Source: Cyanophora paradoxa CCMP329
Lineage: Eukaryota; Plantae; Glaucophyta
Length of the DNA: 64,000 nucleotides
Direction of reading: 5' to 3'
Assembly (NCBI GenBank): GCA_004431415.1
Contig: QPMI01000116.1
Span: forward strand, 186,001-250,000
Part shown: piece after piece, positions 23,481 to 34,400 of the stretch
Layout: each line of letters begins with the position of its first letter
Position numbering within the stretch: the first letter of the stretch is position 1
The notes under the pieces: model-generated
What the model saw: only the letters and a program-made list of their open reading frames with translations
Told to the model about the DNA's origin: nothing
Databases searched by the model: none
Made by a program: the position numbers and the translations under genes

Positions 23481-26400
23481 TTGCGGCGACGGCAGCAGCA
23501 GCTGCTGCACGATGTTGGATGCGATGCAGCAGCCGCGCGGCATGCGCAGCATTTCCGCCCCCATCCACGCGCTGTGCGCCGCCGGCGCCAGGGAGCATCG
23601 CGGCCGCCCGCAGCCGCAGCCGCAGCCCTGGCGGCAGGAGCGGCGCCCCTCCAGCGCGGGGCAGCGACGGGGCTCGCGGGCGCGCTCCTCGGGCCTTCGG
23701 CGGGGGCCGGCGCTGAGCTCGCGCCCACCGGGTGCGACCCGCTGCCGCGCCAGCCTCTAGCTGGGATTCGCTGGCCGCCTCTGATCCGCGCGGCGTCAGA
23801 CTGGGCCGAGCAGAGGCCGCGCGGTCCTATCTCCTCGCGCAGCGTGCGGTTCGCAGAAGCCGCGGTCACCGGTGGCGGCGGCGCGGACGCGGCGGCGGCG
23901 GGCGCGGCGGCAGGCCCAGAGGCTGCGGCGGCCGCGTGGAACAGGCGGGCGTCGCGGGCGAATTCGATCCGCGTGCGCCTGGGGAAGGGTCGCGCCGCGA
24001 AACGGGCGTCCCTCTTCGCCGCGACTCCCGCCGAGGCGCCCACGCTCCTCGACGACCTCCGAAAGATGTACGCCCCGCGGCTCTATTCCCCCGCGGCCCG
24101 CGTGACGTCACGCAGGTACGTCACGGGGGAGGAGGAGCGGCGGGCCCTCGAGGAGGGCTCCTTTTTCTACACACCGAAGGCCCTCCTCCAGGCCCGCCGC
24201 GTACCCCTCCCCCGCACTTCCCCCCCCCCCCCCAACAACTCACCGGGGGGTACGCGCGCGCAGCGGGAGGCGGCGAGGCTGGACGGGGACGTTCGGGCGC
24301 TCCTGGGCCGCTTCTGGGCGCTGGCGACCGACGGGGCGGGGGCGGGGGCGGGGGCCGGGGCGGGGTACGCCGCCGGGGCCATCCCCAAAAACGAGTACGG
24401 TCCGCGCCCGCCCACCCGCCCGCACCGCGCCGCCCTCCCGCCCGCCCGCCCGAATTATTGAAGCGTTCTCTCCATGGCCAACTGTAATACGCTCAATTAT
24501 AAGACACCAAAGTTAGTCACAGTCGCGTTGCGTTGTCTGTTGTTGTCTTACTTCGGCGCGGGCAGTGCGGCTGCACCGGGCGCTCTACCGCGCCCTACAC
24601 AGCGTGTGGGACCCCGCCGAGGCCCTCCGGTTCGCAGAGGTCCGCGTACCCCCCCTTTAATTTGGCCAACCCCACCGTCCCCGCCCTCGTCCCCGCCCCT
24701 CCGTTTCACCCCCCCCTCCCCCTCTTCCACCTAAATCTGATCTGACCTGATCTGACCGGAGCTATTTATAACACCAGGAGGACTGGGAGCGGGACCGGAA
24801 GGGAGCGGGGGCCGTCGACCGCGACCGCTGGGCCCTCTCCATCTTCGAGGCGCGTACCCCCCCCTCCGCTCTTCCCCCCCCCCTTCCTCGAACCGGGCCG
24901 AACCGGGGCGCAGCTGGCGGACCGGTGGACGGACAGCCTCGAGAAGGAAGCGTGCGCGGCTCCCCGGGGGGTAGGGAGGGGTAGCCGCGCTGGAGGGGTA
25001 CGGGGGCGTCGTAGGATACACATGTGAAGGGGCCTTTCCGGGCGCCTTAGTCGCCCCGAGCCGAGTCGCCCCAGAGCCCTCTAAGTGCCTGGGAGCCTTC
25101 AAGGGGGCCCCGGAGCAGACGACCGAAGCAAGCTAGTCAAAGGCTCGGGGGTCCCTGGGCCTCGGACTGGAGCTGGCGCCCGAAGCTAGCTAGTCCTAGC
25201 CGTCCTTCCTAGCCGTTCTAGCCGTCCTAGTCGCCTAAGCCTATAGCTAGGACCACCGCCTAACAGTCAACTAAGCCTAAGGACCGCCTAAGCCTTGGTC
25301 GCCCAAGCCTAGGACCGCTGTCAGTCCTTGTCGCCTACGTCTAGGACGGCCCCCTCGCCTCCCCCCTCCTCCGCCTAGGAGCGCTGACGCCCCCGCCCCG
25401 CGCGGGCCCTCCCTCGCTCCCGGCCCGCCCCCGAAGGAGCCGACGTGACTCACGCGCCGGGCCGGGGGTACAGGTACCTGGCGTTCCTCTCGCGTCTCTT
25501 CATGGCGGTGGCGGAGTGGGACGAGCGCCGCGCCCGCTTCCGCCTCCGCGACCTCGACGGTAAGTAAGATATAAATAGCGCCTAGGAAAGGAATTAGATC
25601 CGAATCTAGCTCGACCTAGAGCCTAGAAGCTAGGAAGGATATAGCACCTATAAAAGCGATTAGATCTGGATATAACTCGATTGAAGCAATCTGGCCGCGC
25701 CCGATTCCGCCTCCGCGGTCTCGACGGTGCGAGATACTAAGATATAGCGCCTTGAAAATCAATCAGATCTAGGCTGTAGCCTGAAGAGCAATAAGATCTA
25801 GACGGTGCGCGCGCGAATTGAAGCAGTCTGGCCGCGTTCCCATATTATAGCGTCTAATGAAGCAATTTGATCTGGATCTAGGTTAGATAACGCCCGCGGC
25901 TGACTTCGCGCCTGCAGAGATCGCGGAGGGGGTCGCCGCCGGCCCGTCGGACAGCAGCGACGAGGAGGACGAGGACGAGGAGGGGGAGGGGGAGGAAGAT
26001 AACGAGGACGAAAAGGACGAGGGGGGCGCTCGGAGCGCGCGCGACGGCGATCTCGGGGGGCGGAATTCGGGCCGGGGTACAGGGGCCGGGGCCGGCGTCC
26101 CGGCAGGCTCGCCCCACGCGGCGGTTGCCGCCCTACGGCGGGGCCCAGCGGCCGCGTCGCCGGGGCACGCCAACTCGAAGCCGGCGGGGTACGGCCCCCG
26201 CTCCGCCGTCCGCCCCATCGACGAGGACTACTACAAGTGCGGTACCCCTCTGCCTCATCCCCCCCCTTCGATCTAGGACATCTGGGACTCGACAAACGTT
26301 GGATAGAATTGTACCTAGGCCTCCCCCTAGGCTTCCAAACTTTAATTTCATATTGATCGATAGTGATCAGATAAGCGAACGGCGGCCCCCGTCCGCTCCG

Positions 26401-27088
26401 CCCCCGGCCGACTCTCATCCTCGCCGCCCTTCCTTTCGCCGCAGGCACCTCTGCGGCGGGTCGCGTGCCGGCGCGCAGGCGCGGCCGCCCTCGCCCGGCC
26501 CCTCCCGCCCCTCCCCCCCGGGCCTCGTCGGCTCCTTCGGCGGGCCGCGGGCCGTGGCGATCGGCGGCGTACCCCCCTTCCGAGAGGCGCCGGTACCCGT
26601 CCCCGTCCCCGCGGCGGGCCCGCGGCCGGGGCGGGCGCTGGGCCCCGCCTGGCGCGCTGTATCGGCGTCCTTTCCGGCCTCCTCCGCCTCCCTCGAGATC
26701 GGCCCCGCCCGCCCGCCCTCCGCCGCCTCCCTCGTATCCCTCGCCTCCGCCGCCTCCGCCCCCCCGCGCCCGCCTCCCGCGCCCCGGCCGCCCGCCTCCC
26801 GGCTGCCGTCCCGCGCCCGCGTCGGGTCACCTCGCCCCGCCCGCGACGCCTCCAGGCCGCGGGTTTGTTCTGGGTCAGGCCCTGCCGCCCCTGTCCCGCC
26901 CCTTAGTCGTAGGACAGGTCCAGGGCCTGGGCCTGGGCCTGAGGCCTAGGCCGGCCTCGCCCGCCCAGGCGGGGCCGGAGGCGGCGGCGCAGCGGCGGCT
27001 GGCGGCGGCGGTGGCGGCGCTGGGGGGCGGCCCCCGTCCCGGGACCGCCTCGGCCGCCCCATCAACGTTTCCTAGCAGTCCTCCCTGA
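23481..27088 (+). CDS. Gene E: protein with degenerate EF-hand-like module, acidic tract and low-complexity tail (paralogue of gene H)
   Basis: Spliced module FYTPKALLQ|REAARLDGDVRALLGRFWALA..IPKNEY|VRLHRALYRALHSVWDPAEALRFAE|EDWERDRKGAGAVDRDRWALSIFE|LADRWTDSLEKEA|YLAFLSRLFMAVAEWDERRARFRLRDLD (24165-25559). Acidic run DSSDEEDEDEEGEGEEDNEDEKDE at ~25950-26020. Start codon uncertain. Confidence 0.7.
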
Positions 27089-27887
27089 CGTCCACGGCCG
27101 CACATCGTCAAACACCGCAATTATAGCTTTAATTTAAATTTAGTGCTAATGTTATTAATGTCGATCGATCGCATGTTAGCTAGAGGGGAACAGGGGAATG
27201 CCATCTTATATAATCATGGCATCGCGATATCAGCTGCACTGCGGCAGCCTGGAAGAGGACATGCATTTGTGTTCATATGGCCCAACAATATTTAGAATGA
27301 TGTCTACGTCGCGATCGTGCTTATATAATTAGACCTCGCAATTGCAATTGCTTCGAATTCCTGGCCATGGCATGCCGGGCCATGGAGAAGTAGCTCTGAG
27401 ATCTAGAGCGCAGGCTCCGCCCGCGGGTCGCCGTACTCTGCCGTCACTATCGGTTAACGTTCTTATCCGATGATGATATGCAGCTGCAGCATGAAGCGTC
27501 GGAGTTGCGGCCGCGGATCGTTGCGGGCGGCGGGGCGGGCACTCCCCCCCCCCCACCCCACCCCCCCCCCCCCCCCCGCGATTTCTCTAGCACTCTCTGA
27601 AGGGAATTCGAAGTGAAGGAGCGCTCTAGCTTTCTCGACCCGGTGACCCGAGAGGCTGCATCGCTACACTTCTAAATTCGAGAGACACGTTATGTACACC
27701 CTACCAGGCTGCAGAAACCTCGCATGACCCAAGCTTAAGACTGGTCATGGCCCCGTGCAGCAACGCAAACGGCTATGAAGAGCTATAGCTATCGATCCAT
27801 GAACAGCGGACGGCCGCTGGTCGGGACTTGCAATTGGCTACGCGATGCGGATCCGGGTCCGGCCCGGCAGATCGAGCTGCAGGTCGC

Positions 27888-30043
27888 TCACTTGGGCGGG
27901 TCAAGGTAGAGTCTCAGGGACATCTCGTCCATCAGCATCTGAGTGTTGATGTCGGCTGCGCAGACGACGTCAGATATATACAGCTGCACAAATTAAAAGG
28001 CAGTCGAGGTGGTCATGGCGCACCAGTGTCCAGCTGGACGACGACCTCCTTGGTGGTCGGGTGGATGTAGTCGGTCGCGGCGCCCTTCGTGCAAGTCTGC
28101 TCGCTCCAGACCCTGCATGCGTCGCCGTTCAGGTAAACAATTTGCAACCTAATTATAAATAGCTAGTCGCAGCAGGAGAACAATCGCAAACGCGCCAGGC
28201 AGGAATCTCCAAGTTGGTGCAGATCTCGTCGAACTTGTCCGTTTTGACGTTCTTCACGGACCACGTCCACGTCTTCCCCTCCTCGCGAACGTTGTCGCCT
28301 GCATTGCCGCAAAGTTGTGTCAGTATTAATGCGGTTGTGCGCGCGCCTGATTACTTATATATATTTATATATTAATTAGCTATAGCGCTGCGCCGCGGAC
28401 CCTGGATCTTCATGAAGAGCTCGAGCGGCGACTTCGTGAGCTTCGCGAGGTCGGCCGTCACCTTGTAGACGAACTGCGTCTTCGACGGCTTCTGGGCGTT
28501 GTACGAGCCGAACTCAAAGTACTGAGCGTAGCAGTCGCGCTCGAGGTCGCAGCGGGTGGAAGAAGAGGCGAGGAGGGCGACGGTGTCTTTGTTGATCGGC
28601 TTGTCGATGGTGCCCTGTACATGTTGCAGGAAAGTCAGAGATCTAGATCTATGACGGCGAAAGATAGAGTCGCTCAAACTAAAACCACTCACGCCGATGG
28701 GGATGATGTCCGACGGCTGAGTCAAAACGACCTTAATGGGCACAGGCTCCGGCGGGGGCGGCACGGTGGTCGTCAGCTGCGCAGGTTGACGAAGATCACA
28801 TCAACGAGCATCTCCGTGGCGTAGGGGTCTGCGCCGATGATATCGATATCGATATCATCCCACGAAATTGCTGCGAAGATCTAGAGCTAGAGCTTCGAAT
28901 TCAACAACAGAACGCACGGTTGGTCGCCTGGTTGATCCTGATCTCCTTGTTGACCGGGTCGATGAAATTGACGGCGTTGTCGAGCTTGAAGTCCCGCCAG
29001 GTCCAATACCTGCGCCGCGATCGGCGTTGAGCTCGAGGCTGCAACTTGCAATTGCGCAATGGGGACGACGACGTCAGTTGCAAATCGAACCAGCTGGGGA
29101 AGCCGGGGCCCTTGTTGTCGCCAAGGGAAACGAACTTCTTCGCGTTGAAGTCGTAAGCGGAGTAGCTCCACAGAGCGTCGTAGCCAGCATCGCCTGCAGA
29201 ATTCGAAATATATATCAGCGCATGAGCACCGAATTCAAAGCGCTTATGATCACGCGTACGCTTACGCTAGCTCTAGATCTAGCGCTCAGCGGCTGCGACC
29301 CTAGTCGTTCAATTTCCGATCGCAAGGCGCGCCTTGGACTTTGATGGTCACGTCGAGCGAGCCCGTGATGTTCTTCGGGTCGATGTAGTCCGGCAGCTTG
29401 AAGACGAAGTCCGTGTCCGACGGCTTCTTGATGCCGGGGCGAGAGCGGAACTCGATGTAGGCGCCCCAGCAGTCCTGGAAGCCCGTGCACCGGACGTGAG
29501 CCTTCTTGGTGATCAGCATGTAGTTGTTCAGCACGACTCCCTGCAATGCGCAGCGCAGAAGTCAGCACTCGGTCAGGGAACGAGCTCGCGCGCAGTCTAA
29601 GCTTATATATATATGTGGCGCATGCGCAGAACTTCGGAATCTCAAATTAATTTAAAGCAACTCACGTTTTTGATGAGGTCCGACGACGCAACGAGGGAGA
29701 CCTTGTAGGTGGCGTCGACTGCCGCCGCCTGCATCTCGGTCGCGCCGACGTAGACGTACGCGGGGCCCGACTGGGCGGAGGCCGCCTTGTCGTCGCGACC
29801 CGCGGCGCCAACTCCGCGCTGACCGGTGCTCCCGGTCCCGCGGGCGGCGGCGGCGGCGGGCGCGACGAGTGCTGTCGCATTCCGAAGACGTCAGGGCGCT
29901 GCCGCAACACGCGAATTCGAACGGTTCTCCATACACGTGCACGCACCGAGCGCGATGACGGCGCCGAGGGCGACGACGAGGAGGAGCGAGGGCTGGCCGC
30001 CCTGAAGCTTGCGGCCGCCGCGATGGAGGGCGGCGGAGGCCAT
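27888..30043 (-). CDS. Gene F: secreted protein with two tandem ~160-170 aa Cys/Trp-containing beta-rich domains
   Basis: MASAALHRGG..SLLLVVALGAVIAL|ALVAPAAAAA leader. Repeat 1: RCTGFQDCWGAYIEF..KPSDTDFVFK..KVQG|D..WSYSAYDFNAKKF..NFIDPVNKEIRI..EMLVD. Repeat 2: RCDLERDCYAQYFEF..KPSKTQFVYK..KIQG|D..WTWSVKNVKTDKF..DYIHPTTKEVVV..QMLMD. Stop at 27888-27890. One apparent 1-nt frameshift near 28782. Confidence 0.8.
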
Positions 30044-30835
30044 CGCTGACAGAGCTTGCCTGTGCTGCTGCAGGTGCTCTTCCGAAGGAGGGACTGAGCG
30101 AATGCTGCAGCAATGGCGGCCGCCGTGCGAATTTAAAGAGACCACCAAACGATTCGCTCGAAACGGCGCGGGCTCAGCGGCTCAGCCGCTGAGCGGCTTT
30201 ATTGTTTTTTAATTTCGAGTCTCAATCGCCGTTCGGAGCGCCCAAAGCCCGCAGGTGACATTCTAGCCGAAGCGTTCGAAGCCCGTCCGACGGTCAACTT
30301 GAAAACCAGTCTCGCAGGCCTTGCACACGAAACGCCCGTCACGGCGTGACTTCGCAAGCGATCCACGCGTCACCGCGGGGCGCAGAGTGGTTTTCCGAGT
30401 TTTTTTCGCGCGGTTATGCAGGGTGACTTAAGCTTCGCGAGCGTGCAAGCTTAAAATCAGCGAACTCCGCCGCAGCGAAAGTCCGACGGTCGTCATTCAA
30501 TTGTCACCGCACAAGTCACTGCAGAATGTTAACAACCTGCAGAATTTCGAACCAGAATTTTTATAGATCATATATACGGTTCTAGTTCTATGTTAACCGT
30601 AAGACTAACCACCAGAAGTGGGGCTATTTCCGAAGTTCCGTATACGTAAGAAAAAGCGTTGGTTCATGGTCGGTAATTATAGAACCACTAGAAAGGTTTT
30701 CATGGTTCGTTCAACGGTTCTCATGGTTCTCATATGCATGATCATGCATGCAGATATATGAGAACCACCATGCATACTCAGTATGTAATTTGCGCGCGGC
30801 CCCCCTGCGCATGCCCGGCCCATGCCAGCCTGACT

Positions 30836-30940
30836 CCTGACAGTTGCACGCGCGGAGATCCGGATCCTAGCTATAGAGCCGCCTGACAGTTGCACGCGCG
30901 GCCCAGCCTGACAGTTGCACTGCGGCACGCGCGGAGATGC
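30836..30940. repeat. Three short direct repeats CCTGACAGTTGCAC(GCGCGG)
   Basis: Copies at 30836, 30882 and 30907 in the F-G intergenic region. Confidence 0.8.
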
Positions 30941-31471
30941 GCAGGATGCTGTTGTTCTGCTCCAGGCAACCAGGCAGGCTGCGCTGCTGCGCCGGCAGCC
31001 GCGCGCTAGCGGTGGCTGCTCCGTTACAATTGCAGAGTTGGGTTCGCATAATTTCCTACAGAACCATCATCTGCTTCGGGATTGATGTATCCGGATCGAA
31101 GTAATGAAAATTGCCGAGGATCGAGATCGAACTAGATATCAGGCTACAAGCTAGAGGAGTATGTTCAACGATAAACGTTAAATGTTCTACCTTGGCTTGC
31201 TAAGCTGCGTATGCATCCGGTAAAACGTCCTAGGGTCGTAGAATAGACATATAAACCATCATTGCACTATCTCCACACTGATTAATTCCAGACACTTATC
31301 TGAGCCACTTATCGTGGTACAGCCGCTAGCGGTGCCCCCGAACGCTGCCGCAGCGCTGCACCACGTACTCGCAGGAAAGCCGCCGGTCCCGAACGGCGCG
31401 AAAGAAGAAATCTCCAAAAATTGAAGGAAGAAGAAGAAAGGGATGGAAGCGGGGAGCGAAAGGGCGGCGCG

Positions 31472-34400
31472 CTAGCAGCGCAGATCGACGACGAGCGGGG
31501 CGCTGCCCTCGTCGGCCTCTTCGGGCCCCGGCGCACCGCCCAGCCTGCGCGCGGGGCGTCAGCGAAAGGCGCCCCGCGGACGGCAGGAGGGCAGCGGGCG
31601 GCGGTGGCGCACAGCGCGTGCGGGGCGGCGTGGTGCATCTCGTGCTTCGGGAGGGGGTGCTCGTGGTAGTCCCTGGGGTGGGCACACGGAAATCAGGAGG
31701 AGCGGGGTACGGGGTCAGAGGGGCGGGCGGCGGACCGGTGGGGGCACGCGGCGACGATGTGGAGGCCGCGCTCCGTCAGGCGGAACGCCGCGATGCTGCC
31801 GGGCAAGGCGGGGTACCGCGTTACAGGGCCGCGGGGGGGGTACAGAGCGACAAGCGGGGGGTACGCGCGCACTGGGCGTCGGACTTGGGCGCGACGACGA
31901 CCGACACGGCCTCGGGCAGCTCCATCTGGAACTGGGGCCGGGGCGCCTCAGGCCGGGCGGGCGGGGTACAGGGGACAACGGCGGAAAAAGGGGTACCGGG
32001 GCGAGGTCGTGCATGTCGATGGAGGAGAGGGAGCACTGCTGGGCGGGGGTGGCCTGCCGGGCGCCGGGCGTGAGGGAGCGCCGGGTCGAATCCGGGCAGC
32101 GGATTTAAGCATAAGGGACGCACGGTGATGAGGCCGGCGAGGACAAGGCCGCGGGCGGCGGCGGCGCGGGCCGCCTCGTCGCGTGCGTCCGGCGGCACGA
32201 CGCTCGCCTGCACCGAGCTGCACTGGCGCGGCACGAGCACGGCCCGCACGGCGAGCGCCGTCCCCGCCCCGCCCTCCCCGTCCGCCGCCGACGCCGCGAG
32301 GAAGCCGGCCGTCTTGCGGTACGCCTCCGTCGCCGGACGCGTGAGCGCCTCGAACGCGGCGAGCACGGCCGACGGCACGCGCAGCGCCCGCAGCGGCGGG
32401 GGCGCCGGGGCCGGAGCCGGCGCGGGCGCGGCCGGGTAGGGGCCCCGCGGGGCGAGGATGACGGGGGGCGCGTGGAAGGGCGGGGGGAAGAGGAAGGGGC
32501 CGGGGCGGGGTACAGGATGGTTCCGTCGGGGGCGACGAGGGCGCCGGGGGGGGAGGGCCGCCGCCGGCCGCGGCCTGCGGCGGGGGCGCCCCGGGCCGAA
32601 GAAGGCGTGCGGGGCCAGCGGCTGGCCGGGGAAGGGGCCCGGGGGCCGTGCGGGGCGGGGTACGCGAAGTGCGGCGGGGCGGGGCGGGGGGCGTGCCGAG
32701 GATGCCGGGGGCCGGCTCCTCGGGCGGGCGGGCGCGGCGGGGACGACGGGGATCGGGGCGGGGGCGGGGCCGGGACCGCAGCCGGGGCGGCGGGGGCCGG
32801 GGCCGGGGAGCGGGGCCCGGGGCTCGCCTCGCCGCCGCTCTCCGAGGCGGCGGGCGACTCTGGGGACGAGACGCCGCCGGGCCCGCCCGAGCAGACGTGC
32901 GGCTCGCCGAGGGCGGCGGAGACGGCGGAGCAGACGGCGCGGAGGGAGACGAGGAGGGCGACGAGGTCAGGGCGGGGGCGGCCCTCGAGCAGCGAGCCGG
33001 CGTCCTGCCCGCCCAGCAGCAGCCGCGCCCGCCAGTCCTCCTCCACCTTCTCCTCCCCCTTGGGCGACGCCTGCGCCGCGCCGGGGGCGGCGCCTGCCCC
33101 GGGGCGTCGCGGCGGCGGCGGGCGAGGGCCGCCTCGGCGTCGGCGGCGCGGCGAGCCTCACGCGCGGCGCGCGCCTCCGCCTCCTCCGCGCGGCGCCGCT
33201 CCTCCGCGAGGCGCCGGTGGACGGCCGCCAGCTCCTGCCGCGCCCCGCGCGCCGCCTCGCCGGCCCCGCGCTCCCGCCCCTCCGCCTCGGCCAGCCGCCG
33301 CTGCAGCGCCGCTCGGCCCTTCTCCGCCTCCTCCGCCGCCGCCTGCGCCCGCTGCAGCGCCGCCCGCGCCTCGCCGTGCGCCGCGCGCTCCGCCGCCAGC
33401 GCCGCCTCCGCCCGCCGCGCCGCTTCCTCGGCCGCCCCGGCGAGGCGCCCCGCGGCCGGCGGCGCCCGCCGTCGGTGTCTGCGCCGCCGGCGCCCGCCGC
33501 CGCGGGGAGCGCCTGGGCCGGCGCCGCGGCCGCGGCCGCCGCCGCCCCGGCGGCCTCTATCATGGATCGGCACGCGGCGTCCTGGCTCGCCGCCCACCGC
33601 TCCCGCACCTCCTTCAGGAACCGCTGCGGCGAATCTCAGGCGCGACCGGGTACGGGTGCAGGCCCAGGCGCCAGGACCCGTACCTGGTACCAGACGCACT
33701 CGAGGACGCTGCCGACGGCGTTCCAGAAGCGCGTCTGCTCGCCGCTGTACCCCCCTCAGAAACGAGAAGGGAGGAAGGGGGAAGGGAAGAGGCGGGGAGG
33801 GCGGACCCGAGGTGGACGAGCTCGATCATCTGGAGGCGGGTGGACTGCAGCTCCAGCTCCGTCTCGCGCAGGCGCAGCATCGAGTCCAGCCACTTGCCGC
33901 ACTTCTCAAGGTACCCCCGCACGTCCGCCTGGGGGCCCTGGCACATCGCCAGCACCCGCACCAGCGCCGTCCCGTCCCGCCGCGCCCCGCGCCGCTCCTG
34001 CCTTCCGCTCGACCGGGGAGGGGGGGAGGGGGGGAGGTGGGACGGGGTACGTGCACGCACGACGACGTGGTCGCGGAGGAGGCGGTGGAGGAACGGGGCG
34101 GGGAAGCGTTCGCCCAGGGCGAGGACCTGCGGGGGAACGGTCGCCTCGCCGGGGCCCGGCGCGGCGGCGCCGCCCTCCTCGTCGACAGAGTTCCACGCCG
34201 CCAGCACAGAGGAGACGGCGTCGCGGTACAGCTGCGCGGGTGGGGGGTACGTGAGCCGGAGCCGGAGCGGAGAAGCCTCGAAACGGGGCGGGCGCGCCTC
34301 GAGGGCGGTGTGCGTGCGCTTGCGGCGCTGGCCGATGAGGGGCGGCGCGTGCGGCCGCAGCGACATCGCCGCGTCGTCCACCGTGCAGATCTTCGACGCC

